Assembly: GCA_963851285.1 (NCBI GenBank)
Contig: CAWKOL010000003.1
Span: forward strand, 16,093-80,092
Direction of reading: 5' to 3'
From: an uncultured Alphaproteobacteria bacterium
GTDB lineage: Bacteria; Pseudomonadota; Alphaproteobacteria; ATCC43930; CGMCC-115725
Length of the DNA: 64,000 bases
The number at the start of each line of letters is the position of its first letter. Within the stretch, counting starts at the first letter, position 1. A program made the position numbers and the translations under genes. Shown one piece after another: positions 53,153 through 63,770 of this stretch. The notes beneath the pieces were generated by a model. The model saw nothing but the letters and a program-made list of their open reading frames with translations. It made no database searches and was not told where the DNA came from.

Positions 53153-54927
53153 CGAAGGCGGGGATCAGGCGGCCGGAGGGCCGGGTCCGCTCGAACGGCC
53201 GTTCGGTGAGACGCGCCGCTTCGCGTTCGACCAGATCACGGTAAGGACCAGGCCGCCGCATCAGCATCATCGGCGCGCCGTCTTGCACGATCTTGCCCTT
53301 GTCCAGAACGAGGATGCGATCGAAATCGCGCAGCGTTGACAGCCGATGGGCGATCGCGATCACGGTGCGGTCGTTCATCAGCCCGACCAGCGCCTCGCGC
53401 ACCGCTTCCTCGGAATCGATGTCGAGCGCCGACGTCGCCTCGTCGAGCAGCAGGATCGGCGCGTCCTTGAGCATGGCCCGGGCGATCGCGAGGCGTTGGC
53501 GTTGACCGGTCGACAGCTTGACGCCGCGATCGCCGACCTGGGTGTTGAAGCCTTCCGGCATCTGCTCGATGAAGTCGAGGCAGCGCGCGGCCGCCGCCGC
53601 GGCGCGGACTTCTGCGTCGGTCGCGTCGGGCCGACCATAGCGGATGTTCTCCAGCACCGAGCGATGGAACAGCGATACGTCCTGCGGCACGATGGTGATG
53701 GCGGCGCGGAGGCTCTCTTGCGTCGCCGAGGCGATGTCGAGCCCGTCGACGACGATGCGGCCCCGCTGCACGTCGTAGAAGCGCTGCAACAGTGCGAACA
53801 GGGTGGACTTGCCGCCGCCGGATTCGCCGACCAGCCCGACGCGCTGGCCACCCGGAATCTCGAGGTTGAGATCGCCGAAGACCGTGCGGCCGTCCGGATA
53901 GGCGAAGCCGACATTCTCGAAATGCACCGAGCCGCGATGCGGCACCAGCGACGCGGCATTCGGCCGGTCTTGGATCTCGTGCTCGCCGGCAACGGTGACG
54001 AGCGCTTCGGCCAGCCGGGCGTAATGCTGGGTCATGTCGACGAGCGCCACCGCGAGGTCGCGGGTCGAATGCAGGATGGTGAACGCCAGCGTGCAGACCA
54101 GCACGACATCGCCGGTCGTCGCATTGCCGGCGCGCCATTTAGTGATCACCCACGCCAGCAACACGATCGTGACGGCGATCACCACCACGGCATGCATCAA
54201 GCGCAGAATCTCGATATAGCGCAGGCTCTTGCGACGGGAGGTAAGCTCCAGCCCCAGCGCGCTGGGCCAGACGGGCACGCTCGCGGTAGAAGCCGCCAAA
54301 GGCGCGGACCAGTGGCATGTTGGAGACGATATCGGTCATCTCGCCATCGACCGAGGCGGCCTTGTCGGCGAAGTTGCTGTGAATCGGCCAGCCCGCGCGC
54401 CGCGATACTTGAACAGGACGACCACCAGGAAGCCCGAGAACACCGTCAGTCCGGCGGTGACCGCCAGGCTGACGCGCGGCAAGATAGGCGATCGCGCCCG
54501 ACGGTCGCCACGCACGGCGGCAGCACGTTCCACATAAAGAGGTATTCGATGGTGAACAGCGCGTTCGAGGTCGCGGTGATGCGGCTAGTCAGCACACCGG
54601 GCAGCCGGTCGGCGAAATAACGCGGCGCATGGCCCATCAGATGGCCGAATAGGTCGGCCGGACGTCGCCGGTATCGGCGACGATGGTTCGGCTGGCTACC
54701 CAACCGGCGACGCGCCAGGACAGATTGTCGCCGGCGATCAGCGCGATCAAGCAGGCGAAGGCGAGCCAAATCTGGTCGCTGCCGGGCGGACCGGGCGTCA
54801 GCGTATCGATCAGGAATTTGATGCCATACTGCGAGCTGACCGAGCAGGTCGCGGCCACCACGACCGCCGCGATCATGACCGCATGGGACCACGGCCGGGC
54901 CTGGACATAATGCCAGACAAAGGCCAT
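53112..54927 (-). pseudogene. ABC exporter, fused permease/ATPase (MsbA/ABCB-like); about 6 frame changes in the permease half
   Basis: Start MAFVWHYVQARPWSHAVMIAAVVVAATCSVSSQYGIKFLID (ORF 54637..54927). Permease blocks lie in several frames. The NBD is intact in ORF 53112..54299, with Walker A GESGGGKSTL, signature LSTGQRQRLAIARA and Walker [13 protein letters not shown]. The last ~25 codons may be read-through into the repeat. Confidence 0.78.
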
Positions 54928-55214
54928 GGGGCGACGCGCAAACCGGGTGACATCCCCGATCGAGCGGGTCGCCGCTCCAATCGCCGGTCATGTTCGACAC
55001 TTGTTCAGATTTTCCGTCACCGAGCATCACAAGACGGAACGATCCAGCCCAAAAACTATTCCATAAGAGCGACACGTAGCCGCCGGTGTTACCCGTGCGA
55101 CAAAAAGACGGGGAATATGGCGAGTTTGACGCCGTTCTTTTATCAAGTGTCCAAAATGGACGAGGCCGCGCGGGAAGTGGCTGAAATTGTGGTTTCCCCG
55201 TAGGAGTTAATGGA

Positions 55215-56264
55215 ATGCGCATCGCACAGATCGCCCCCCTTTATGAGGCCGTTCCGCCGAAATCCTATGGCGGGACCGAGCGGGTGGTATCGTGGCTGAC
55301 CGAAGAATTGGTCCGCCAGGGGCATGACGTCACCCTGTTTGCCAGCGGCGATTCCAAGAGCGGCGGCCCGGCTGGAACCGATCTGGCCGACCAGCTTGCG
55401 CCTCTCCAAGGTCCTCGACCCGGTGGCCCTGCACATGCTGATGCTGGAGCGGGTGCGTCAGCGCGCCGCGGAGTTCGACATCCTCCATTTCCATCTCGAC
55501 TACCTGCCCTTTTCCCTGCTTTCTGCGGCAATCGACCCCGTTCGTGACGACACTGCACGGGCGGCTCGACCTGCCGGAGCAACAGCCGGTCTTCACCGCC
55601 TTCGCGGCGGCGCCAGTGATCTCGATTTCCGATTCCCAACGCCGGCCGATCCCCCAGGCCGGATGGGTGCGGACAATCCATCACGGCCTGCCGGAACATT
55701 CCCTGACGCCGAATTACGCGAAAGGCGAATATCTTGCCTTCCTCGGCCGGATCGCTCCGGAAAAGCGCGTCGACCGCGCCATCGCGATCGCCAAGCGCTG
55801 CGGCATGACGCTCAAGATCGCGGCCAAGATCGACAAGGCCGACCGCGCCTATTTCGAGGCCGAGATCAAGCATCTCTTCGAACAGCCGCATGTCGAGTTC
55901 ATCGGCGAGATCGACGATAGCCAGAAATCGGAATTCCTCGGCCGGGCCAGCGCCTTGCTCTGCCCGATCGACTGGGTCGAGCCGTTCGGCCTAGTGATGA
56001 TCGAAGCCATGGCGTGCGGCACGCCGGTCATCGTTTACGACAAGGGTTCGGCCCGAGAGGTGGTCGATAACGGCGTCACGGGTTACGTCGTCAGGGACGA
56101 GGATGAGGCGGTAGCCGCCGTTGGGCGTGCATTGCAATTGCCGCGGCCCGCGATCCGCAAGCGGTTCGAGCAGCGCTTCACGCGTGACGCGCATGACCGA
56201 CGAATATCTCGAGGTCTACCAAGCGCTGATCGATCAGGAAGCCCAGCAGCTCCGCCGCGCCTAA
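55215..56264 (+). pseudogene. Glycosyltransferase family 4, paralog 2; three frame changes near 55365, 55535 and 56190
   Basis: MRIAQIAPLYEAVPPKSYGGTERVVSWLTEELVRQGHDVTLFASGDS, then ARLEPIWPTSLRLSKVLDPVALHMLMLERV...ILHFHLDYLPF. Next comes TTLHGRLDLPEQQPVF...EPFGLVMIEAMACGTPVIV. The tail is MTDEYLEVYQALIDQEAQQLRRA* (TAA at 56262..56264). Confidence 0.8.
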
Positions 56265-56327
56265 TTATAATATCGTTTGACTCTAGCCTCGCGCCGGGCC
56301 TCCGATTGAGGCTGGGAGGGCACGGGC

Positions 56328-57884
56328 ATGACCGACAATCGCGCGACGCAGCGACGGCCGCTGGAAGTCGTTTTTTCGATTATCGTTTTGGTCGCGGCGC
56401 TGGCGCTTCCGGGCATCGCCCGGGCGCAGTCCTACGACCATGTCACAATCGCAACCAACGCCGAGCCGGACACGCTCGACATGCTGACCAGCGTGTTCCC
56501 GCCGGTATCGTTTGTCATCTTGCGCAACGTCGCCGAGATGCTGTGGGGCTACAATCTTGACGGCACGGTTCGGCCGACCGTCGCGACATGGGACAAAAGC
56601 GCCGACGGCAAGAGCATCACCTTCCATCTGCGGCCCGGCATCAAGTTCCATTCCGGCGACGAACTGGTCGCCGACGACGTGCTGTTCAGCTTCGAGCGGA
56701 TGAAAAAGAACACGCCGGCGTTCATGCGCCACGCGCGGCTGGTCAAGAGCATCGAGAAGCTCGACAAATACACGGTGCGGTTCACCTGGGACCGGCCGGA
56801 CGTCACTCTATTCGACGGCATGCAGTTGTTTATGGGCTCGAAGGCCTATTACGACCGCGTTGGCGAAAAGGAGTTCATGACGCATCCGTCCGGCATCGGC
56901 CCTTACAAGATGGTCAAATACGCGCCCGCCCAATACATCGACCTCGAGCGGTTCGACGGCTATTACGGCGACAAGCCAAAGGTCAAATCGGCGCGTTTCC
57001 TCATCGTCAAGGACGATGAAACGCGCGTCGCCACGCTCAAATCGGGCGAGGCCGACATTGTCATGGACGCGCCCTATACCCAGGTCGCGTCGCTGCAACA
57101 GGCCGGCTATACGCTGGTCAAATATCCCGCCAACCCGACCGTCAGCGTGGTGTTCGATCTGCTGTCGCCGCAATCGCCGTGGCATAAGCTCAAGGTCCGC
57201 CAGGCGATCGCGCACGCCATTGACACCGACGCCATCGTCAAAGGCCTGTTTCACGGCGTCCCGAACCGCTATCCGATGCTGGCGCCCGGCGAGGAGGGTT
57301 ACGACCCGAACCTGAAATTCCCGACTTACGATCCGGCGTTGGCCAAGAAACTGCTGACCGAGGCCGGCTATCCCAACGGCTTCAAGATGCCGCTCTATTA
57401 CAACGGCACGATGTTCTATGGCTTCCGCCAGGCGGCAGAGGCGGTGGCGCTTTATCTCAAGGCGATCGGCATCGAGTGCGAGATGCATAACATCGAAGGT
57501 GTGCAGGGCTTGCACATGGCGCGGCGGGCGCAACAGGACCACAGCATCGAAATCGTCTCGGTCGGCGCGTTGCCGATCGCCAATACCGGCCTGACACCGC
57601 TCGACATGCTGACGATCTCGTTCCGCTCCACGGCGCCGTCGGTCGTATCGCATTTCCCCGAGGTCGACGAGGGCATCGAACAGGCGCTCGCCGAGCCCGA
57701 CAAGGAAAAGCGCGCCGCGATCATTCGCCGGGTCGTCGATTTCCTGCACGACCAAGTCGCGACCATCACGCTGTGGGATTCGGTGTCGGTCTACGCCATG
57801 AAGAAAGGCATCACCTACACGCCGATCGCGCACCGCATGCCGTTCATGCTGCTGAAGAACGTGACCATCGCCGCGAAATCGTAG
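56328..57884 (+). CDS. ABC-transporter substrate-binding protein, family 5 (peptide/opine/nickel type), paralog 1
   Basis: Intact 518-aa ORF with signal peptide ...LALPGIARAQS and LRPGIKFHSGDELVADDVLFSFERM. No permease or ATPase gene is adjacent. Confidence 0.85.
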   Translation: MTDNRATQRRPLEVVFSIIVLVAALALPGIARAQSYDHVTIATNAEPDTLDMLTSVFPPVSFVILRNVAEMLWGYNLDGTVRPTVATWDKSADGKSITFHLRPGIKFHSGDELVADDVLFSFERMKKNTPAFMRHARLVKSIEKLDKYTVRFTWDRPDVTLFDGMQLFMGSKAYYDRVGEKEFMTHPSGIGPYKMVKYAPAQYIDLERFDGYYGDKPKVKSARFLIVKDDETRVATLKSGEADIVMDAPYTQVASLQQAGYTLVKYPANPTVSVVFDLLSPQSPWHKLKVRQAIAHAIDTDAIVKGLFHGVPNRYPMLAPGEEGYDPNLKFPTYDPALAKKLLTEAGYPNGFKMPLYYNGTMFYGFRQAAEAVALYLKAIGIECEMHNIEGVQGLHMARRAQQDHSIEIVSVGALPIANTGLTPLDMLTISFRSTAPSVVSHFPEVDEGIEQALAEPDKEKRAAIIRRVVDFLHDQVATITLWDSVSVYAMKKGITYTPIAHRMPFMLLKNVTIAAKS

Positions 57885-57938
57885 CCGGCGCCTTGCCTCG
57901 CCGCGCTGCTTCTCTTATCGTCCGCGCGGCTAGGAGCG

Positions 57939-58015
<77 letters not shown>

Positions 58016-58027
58016 ACGCCTTCCCGA

Positions 58028-59560
58028 TCACATGGTTTCCTTGACCATGGGCAGATAGACGACCTCGAGCCCGTGGCGGAGCGGCGTGTACTCGATTCCC
58101 TTCCGCATCGCGTAGATGTCGACATATTGCCACAGCGTGATGGTCGAGAGATCCTCCTGCTCGAGTTCCATCATCTGCCTGATGTACGGCGCCTGCTGCT
58201 TGACGTCGAGAAGCGAGTCCGCCTTCGCCAACAGCGCGTCGAGCTTGTCGTTCTTGTACATCGCGAACATGCCCGAGTAGGCGAGCGCGACGCCTTCGAT
58301 CGGCGTCGGCAGATTGGCGATCGGCAATCCCGCCACGCCGACATACTCGGCCTTGGGATCGCGGGCGACGCGGCCGAGCATCTGCAAGAGCTGGATAAGC
58401 TGGATGCCTTGCACCTTGCTGGTGATGTTTAGGTTTTGCTTCAGGTACAGCGCCACCGCCTCCGCCGTCTCGACCGTGCCGAAATAAACGCCCGACGAAT
58501 AATAGAGCGGCATGCTGAATCCGTTGGGATAGCCCGCCTCTTTCAGCAGTTCGCGCGCCTTGGCCGGGTCGTATTTGTAGTCGATGAGGTTCGGATCGTA
58601 GCCGTTCTCGTCCGGCATCAAACGCGGATAGTCGGTCGGCATGCCGTGCAGCAGCCCCTTCACGATGGCGTCGCGGTCGATCGAATAGGCCATCGCCTTG
58701 CGGACGCGCAGATCGTGCCACGGCGAATGCGGATTGGTAAGCTGCATCTGGATCGACTGCGTCGGATGGACCGGCAGCTTCACCTCGGTGAAGCCTTGGC
58801 CCTTGAGCTGGTCGTAGGCCGAGTATGGCGTCGCCATGATCAGGTCGACTTCGCCCGCCTGCAATTTGGCGACACGGGTATTATCGTCCTGCACGAAGAC
58901 GAAATGCGCGTTCTTGATCTGCGGCTTCGGGCCCCAATAGTCGTCGAACGCCGTCAGGTCGAGATATTCGGCGGGCTTGTAGTCGACGATCTTATAAGGG
59001 CCGGTGCCGACCGGATGCTTAGTGAATTCCTTTTCGCCGACCCGGTCGTAATAACTCTTCGAGGCGACGATCAGCGCCGGCACCAACAGGAATTGCGCGT
59101 CCGGCTGCTTGAAGGTCCATTTCACGGTGTATGGGTCGACCGCTTCGACCTTGGTGATGAACTTGGCGAAGCTCAGCGCATAGAACCATGTCTTCTTCGA
59201 CATGCGCTCGTGGCTCCACAGCACGTCGGCCGCCGTGAACGGATCGCCCGACTGGAACTTAACGCCGTGCCGGAGGTGCATGACGATGGTCTTGCCGCCG
59301 TCCAGAACGTCCCAGGATTCGGCCAGGCCCGGCATGGTGTGGCCGTCGGCGTCGGAGCGAACGAGGCCCTCATAGACATTGACCATCGTCGCCAAACCCT
59401 GCGGCGGATTGGTCGAGATCGTCATGTCGAGAACATCGGGGTCCGCGTTCATCGCCACCCGCAACGGCTTTTGATCCGCCGCCATGGCCGGAACCGCTAC
59501 GCTACACGCAAAGACCGCCGCCGCGGCCACGGACATCAGTGCCGACGTCTTAAATGCCAT
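58028..59560 (-). CDS. ABC-transporter substrate-binding protein, family 5, paralog 2
   Basis: Intact 510-aa ORF with signal peptide ...AVPAMAADQKPLRVAMNADPDVLDMT and LRHGVKFQSGDPFTAADVLWSHERM. Confidence 0.85.
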   Translation of the reverse strand: MAFKTSALMSVAAAAVFACSVAVPAMAADQKPLRVAMNADPDVLDMTISTNPPQGLATMVNVYEGLVRSDADGHTMPGLAESWDVLDGGKTIVMHLRHGVKFQSGDPFTAADVLWSHERMSKKTWFYALSFAKFITKVEAVDPYTVKWTFKQPDAQFLLVPALIVASKSYYDRVGEKEFTKHPVGTGPYKIVDYKPAEYLDLTAFDDYWGPKPQIKNAHFVFVQDDNTRVAKLQAGEVDLIMATPYSAYDQLKGQGFTEVKLPVHPTQSIQMQLTNPHSPWHDLRVRKAMAYSIDRDAIVKGLLHGMPTDYPRLMPDENGYDPNLIDYKYDPAKARELLKEAGYPNGFSMPLYYSSGVYFGTVETAEAVALYLKQNLNITSKVQGIQLIQLLQMLGRVARDPKAEYVGVAGLPIANLPTPIEGVALAYSGMFAMYKNDKLDALLAKADSLLDVKQQAPYIRQMMELEQEDLSTITLWQYVDIYAMRKGIEYTPLRHGLEVVYLPMVKETM

Positions 59561-59569
59561 CGCTCGCCT

Positions 59570-59618
59570 CCCGAAAAAGCGGGCCGGGCGGAGTGGCTAT
59601 CGCCGCCGCTCCGCCCGG
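59570..59618 (-). terminator. Rho-independent terminator after substrate-binding paralog 3
   Basis: Minus strand has CCGGGCGGAG (59618..59609), a loop, CTCCGCCCGG (59593..59584), then CCGCTTTTTCGGG. Begins 10 nt after the stop at 59628. Confidence 0.6.
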
Positions 59619-59627
59619 CGCACCGCC

Positions 59628-61166
59628 TCACATGCCGACATGCACTTGGGGCAGATACACCACCTCAAGCCCATGGATGCCGGGCCGGTAGGTGACGCCC
59701 TTGCGCATCGCGTAGACGTCGACGTACTGCCACAGCGTGATGGTTTGCAGCTCTCGCTGTTCGCGCGCCATCATCTGCGAGATCAGCTTGCCCTGCTCCT
59801 TCGAATCGAGCGTGCCGTCCGCCTTTTCGTACAGCGCGTCCATCACGTCGTCATGGTAGAGCGCGAACGGCGCCTTGCCGTAATAGGCCAGCGACACGCC
59901 TTCGAGCGGCGTCGGCAGGTTGGCTACCGGAAGTCCCGCGACCGAGACGTATTCGCCGTTAGGATCCTTCGCCATCCGGCCGATGAGCTGCAAGAGCTGG
60001 ATCAGCTGGATACCTTGCATCTTGGTATTGATGTTGAGGTTCTGCTTCAGATAAAGCGCGACCGCTTCCGCCGTCTCTTGGGTGCCGAAATAAACGCCGG
60101 TCGACACATACAGCGGCATGTTGAAACCGTTGGCGTAGCCCGCCTCGTTGAGAAGTTGGCGCGCCTTCGCCGGATCGTACTTGTAGTCCTTCAAATGCGG
60201 ATCGTAGCCGAGCTCGTCCGGCATCAGACGGGGGTAGTCGGTCGGCACGCCGTGCAGCAGGCCTTTAACGATAGCGTTCTTGTCGATGGCATAAGCGATC
60301 GCCTCGCGGACGCGGACATCGGCCCAAGGCGTGTGCTTGTTGATTAGCGCGAACTGCACCGACTGGGTCGGATGCACCGGCAGCTTCACCTCGCTGAAGC
60401 CGGCGGCCTTGAGCGCATCATAGGACGCGTAGGGCGTCGCCATGATCATATCGACCTCGCCGGCGCGCAGCTTGGCGACGCGGGTGTTGTCGTCCTGAAT
60501 GAACACGAAATGCGCGCTCTGCACTTCCGGCTTGGTGTCCCACGCACCGTCCCAGGTCGCGAGATCGAGATATTGGCCCGGCTTGTAGTCGACGATCTTG
60601 TAAGGGCCGGTCCCGGCCGGATGTTTGGCGAATTCCGCCTCGCCGACACGGTCGAAATAGGTCTTGGAGGCGATGACCAGCGCCGGCAGCGCCAGGAATT
60701 GCGCGTCGACTTGTTTCATCTTGACGACGAGGGTGTAATCGTCAGGCGCCTCCATGTGATCGATGAAGCGCGCGAAGCCGCCATAGAACCAAGTCTTCTT
60801 CAACATGCGCTCATGGCTCCACAGCACGTCCTTCGACGTGAAGGGATCGCCCGACGAAAATTTCACGCCCTTGCGCAGGTGCATCGTGATGGTCTTGCCA
60901 TCCGGCGACACGTCAGTGGCGACGACCAACCCGGCGCGCTTGGTGCCGTCCGGGTTGAAACCCCACAACCCTTCGTAGACGTTGCTCAACGTTGCCAGCC
61001 CCTGGGGCGGGTTGGTGGATTGTGTCATATCGAGTACGTCGGGGTCGGCATTCATCGCCACCCGCAACGGCTTTTGAGCCTGCGCGTGCGCGGTGTTCAT
61101 CCCCACCGCGACCGTCCCCGCGGCCATGGCGGCCAACGCGCCGAAAAGCGCAATTTTGCTTGTCAC
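59628..61166 (-). CDS. ABC-transporter substrate-binding protein, family 5, paralog 3
   Basis: Intact 512-aa ORF with signal peptide ...GMNTAHAQAQKPLRVAMNADPDVLDMT. Collinear with paralog 2 over its whole length. Confidence 0.85.
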   Translation of the reverse strand: MTSKIALFGALAAMAAGTVAVGMNTAHAQAQKPLRVAMNADPDVLDMTQSTNPPQGLATLSNVYEGLWGFNPDGTKRAGLVVATDVSPDGKTITMHLRKGVKFSSGDPFTSKDVLWSHERMLKKTWFYGGFARFIDHMEAPDDYTLVVKMKQVDAQFLALPALVIASKTYFDRVGEAEFAKHPAGTGPYKIVDYKPGQYLDLATWDGAWDTKPEVQSAHFVFIQDDNTRVAKLRAGEVDMIMATPYASYDALKAAGFSEVKLPVHPTQSVQFALINKHTPWADVRVREAIAYAIDKNAIVKGLLHGVPTDYPRLMPDELGYDPHLKDYKYDPAKARQLLNEAGYANGFNMPLYVSTGVYFGTQETAEAVALYLKQNLNINTKMQGIQLIQLLQLIGRMAKDPNGEYVSVAGLPVANLPTPLEGVSLAYYGKAPFALYHDDVMDALYEKADGTLDSKEQGKLISQMMAREQRELQTITLWQYVDVYAMRKGVTYRPGIHGLEVVYLPQVHVGM

Positions 61167-61322
61167 GGTCCACCCTCCCTGGGTTCGATTTTGCTTGCCG
61201 CGGCCCGCTGCTTTTCCGTTGCCGCTTCGGGTTGGTGGTTATCATATATATTTTGTGATGTCATATAATTTAATGTCCGGCGCGCGTAGCGAAAAAGACC
61301 GGAGCAATCGAGGAAACCGCCG

Positions 61323-62216
61323 ATGAAGGATATGACAGGAAAGGTCGCGTTCGTGACCGGCGGCGGGTCGGGCGTGGCGCTCGGCCAAGCCAAGGTGTTC
61401 GCCGAGGAAGCGGGCATGAAGGTGGTGATCGCCGATATCCGGCAGGACCATCTCGACGAGGCGATGGCTCATTTCAGAACGACCAATGCCGCCGTCCATG
61501 CCATCAAGCTCGACATCACCGACCGCGATGCCTGCCTCGGCGCCGCCGACGAGGCCGAGCGCGTGCTCGGCCCGGTTCAGCTCGTCTGCAACACCGCGGG
61601 CGTCAGCCAATTCGGGCCGGTGGAAAAAGCCACGTTCGATGACTGGGATTGGCAGATCGACGTCAATTTGAAGGGCATGATCAACGTCATCCAAAGCTTC
61701 ATGCCGCGGATGATCGAACGCGGCCAAGGCGGGCACATCGTCAACACCGCGTCGATGTCGGCCTTCGTCGCGCTCCCGGGCACGGCGATCTATTGCACGA
61801 CGAAATACGCGGTGCGCGGCCTCTCGGAATCGCTGCGGATCGAGCTGGAGAAATTCGATATCGGCGTGTCGTGCCTGTGTCCCGGCGCGGTCAACACGAA
61901 CATCCACGAATCGGTGTTGGCGCGGCCGGATAAATATGCCGCGACCGGCTATTACGGCGCCGATCCGGAAACCTTCAAGCGCCTGAAGTCGGTGATCGAG
62001 GGCGGCTTCGATCCGGTCGAGCTCGGCCGCGTGGTCCGCGCCGCGATCGAACGTAACGATTTCTGGATCCTGCCGTTCCCCGAATTCGTTCCGACCATGG
62101 AACAGCGCAACGGCGAGGTCATCTCGGCGCTGAAGCAATACGAGAATCATCCGGACTACGATCGGCGGATGAAGTTGCGCGCGGCTGAGGGCCGGCCGAT
62201 GCCCGGCGCGCGCTGA
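61323..62216 (+). CDS. Extended SDR, LigD/LigL-like C-alpha-dehydrogenase candidate
   Basis: Intact 297-aa ORF MKDMTGKVAFVTGGGSGVALGQAKVF...FGPVEKATFDDWDWQIDVNLKGMINVIQSFMPRMI...YCTTKYAV...ARPDKYAATGYYG. From memory it closely parallels Sphingobium SYK-6 LigD (MKDFQDQVAFITGGASGAGFGQAKVF...). Confidence 0.7.
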   Translation: MKDMTGKVAFVTGGGSGVALGQAKVFAEEAGMKVVIADIRQDHLDEAMAHFRTTNAAVHAIKLDITDRDACLGAADEAERVLGPVQLVCNTAGVSQFGPVEKATFDDWDWQIDVNLKGMINVIQSFMPRMIERGQGGHIVNTASMSAFVALPGTAIYCTTKYAVRGLSESLRIELEKFDIGVSCLCPGAVNTNIHESVLARPDKYAATGYYGADPETFKRLKSVIEGGFDPVELGRVVRAAIERNDFWILPFPEFVPTMEQRNGEVISALKQYENHPDYDRRMKLRAAEGRPMPGAR

Positions 62217-62218
62217 CG

Positions 62219-62950
62219 ATGGCGCGCAACAACTCGATCCGCCTGTTCGACCTGGTGCTCGACAGCGGCTGCACCATCAGCCCGTTCGTCTGGCGCACCA
62301 AATACGCCATCCGGCACAAGGGCTTCGATCTCGACCTCGTGCCCAACGGCTTCACCGGCATTAAGGAGCTGACCGGCGGACGCTCGGAGCGGCTGCCCGT
62401 AATTGTCGACGACGACGAATGGGTGATCGACAGTTGGAAGATTGCCGAATATCTCGACGCCAAATATCCCGACCGGCCGATGCTGTTCGAAGGTGACAGC
62501 ATGAAGGTGCTGACGCGTTTCACCGATCAGTGGCTGTGGCGGACCGCGATCCGCGTTTGGATCCGCTGCTACATCCTCGACTATCACGATCTGTCGATGG
62601 CGAAGGACCACGCCTATGTCCGCGAGAGCCGCCAGCGCATTCTCGGCGGCGGCACGCTCGAGGAGATCCAAGCCGGGCGCGAGCAGCGATTGCCGCAGGT
62701 GCCGCCGGCGTTGGAACCGTTGCGCCTGTTGCTGAAGGACACGCCGTGGCTCGGCGGCGACCATCCCAATTACGCCGATTATTGCGTTCTCGCCGTATTT
62801 CTGTGGTGCGCCTCGGTGGCAAAAGTTCCGCCATTGCACTACGACGATCCGCTGAAGGAATATATCGACCGCGGCTTCGATTTGTACGGCGGGCTGGGCC
62901 GGCATCCCGGCATGCACACATTATTCGGCTTGCCGAAAGCGGCGGCCTGA
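62219..62950 (+). CDS. ligE: Glutathione S-transferase, LigE/LigP-like beta-etherase candidate
   Basis: Intact 243-aa ORF MARNNSIRLFDLVLDSGCTISPFVWRTKYAIRHKGFDLDLVPNGFTGIKELTGGRSERLPVIVDDDEWVIDSWKIAEYLDAKYPDRPMLFEG. Near-collinear with my recollection of SYK-6 LigE (MARNNTITLYDLQLESGCTISPYVWRTKYALKHKGFDIDIVPGGFTG...). Confidence 0.7.
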   Translation: MARNNSIRLFDLVLDSGCTISPFVWRTKYAIRHKGFDLDLVPNGFTGIKELTGGRSERLPVIVDDDEWVIDSWKIAEYLDAKYPDRPMLFEGDSMKVLTRFTDQWLWRTAIRVWIRCYILDYHDLSMAKDHAYVRESRQRILGGGTLEEIQAGREQRLPQVPPALEPLRLLLKDTPWLGGDHPNYADYCVLAVFLWCASVAKVPPLHYDDPLKEYIDRGFDLYGGLGRHPGMHTLFGLPKAAA

Positions 62951-62963
62951 CGAGGACATCGCA

Positions 62964-63689
62964 ATGACGCTCGAACTTTATCACGGCGGACCTGGCGCCA
63001 ATTCGCTCAAGGTGCTGCTGGTCATGGCGGAAAAGAAGCTCGACTATGTCGATCACCGGCTCAACCTCGTGAAGTTCGAGCAGCACGATCCCGACTTCGT
63101 GAAGATCAACGCGCGCGGCCAGGTGCCGGTGCTGATCCATGACGGCCGCACCCTCACGGAATCGACCGTGATCTGCGAATATCTCGACGCGGTCTTTCCG
63201 CAAGTGCCGCTGCGCCCCAAGGACGAATATTGGCGCGCGCAGATGCGCATCTGGACCAAGTTCGTCGACGAATATTTCTGCTGGTGCGTCTCGACGCTCG
63301 GCTGGGAAGCGATCGGCAAGCGCGTCGTGCGCGACATGCCCGAGGCCGAGTTCGAGGACTATGTCGCGCGGGTGCCGCTGCACGAGCAAAAGGTGAAATG
63401 GCGCAACGCGCGCAAAGGCTTCGGCGACGCGGTACTGGACGAGGAGCGCCGCAAGATCCGCTTCTCGGTCGAGAAGCTGGAGCACGATCTGGGCGAACGC
63501 AAATGGCTCGCCGGCGACGAATACTCGCTCGCCGATATTTGCACCTACCCGATGGCGCTGGGCGTGCCGTTCTTGATGCCCGAAGCGATGAGCGACGCCG
63601 CGACGCCGCGCTCCATGGCGTGGCTGCGCGCCGTCGGCGAGCGCCCCGCGACCAAGCAGGTGATGGCGACCTCGCCGCGCCGCATTTAA
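62964..63689 (+). CDS. ligF: Glutathione S-transferase, LigF-like beta-etherase candidate
   Basis: Intact 241-aa ORF MTLELYHGGPGANSLKVL...KFEQHDPDFVKINARGQVPVLIHDGRTLTESTVICEYL...MRIWTKFVDEYFCWCVSTLGW...YSLADIC. It matches remembered SYK-6 LigF blocks (MTLKLYSFGPGANSLK, KFEQH, RGQVPALWHDG, TESTVICEYL, WTKWVDEYFCWCVSTIGW, YSLADIC). Confidence 0.7.
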   Translation: MTLELYHGGPGANSLKVLLVMAEKKLDYVDHRLNLVKFEQHDPDFVKINARGQVPVLIHDGRTLTESTVICEYLDAVFPQVPLRPKDEYWRAQMRIWTKFVDEYFCWCVSTLGWEAIGKRVVRDMPEAEFEDYVARVPLHEQKVKWRNARKGFGDAVLDEERRKIRFSVEKLEHDLGERKWLAGDEYSLADICTYPMALGVPFLMPEAMSDAATPRSMAWLRAVGERPATKQVMATSPRRI

Positions 63690-63770
63690 CTGTTTTCCGA
63701 CAAAAATTCCGTGCTAGCGTCGGCGTTGAGGAGGCGGCCGCGCGAATGGTCGCCGTCGCGGGAGGATGAC

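Noticed and set aside
54446-55222. 258-aa minus-strand ORF spanning the ABC exporter N-terminus and the intergenic region up to the GT4 paralog 2 start
   Set aside because: Only its distal part (LFGHLMGHAPRYFADRLPGVLTSRITATSNALF...) is a genuine out-of-frame piece of the ABC permease. The upstream 150 codons cross the divergent promoter region and look non-coding.
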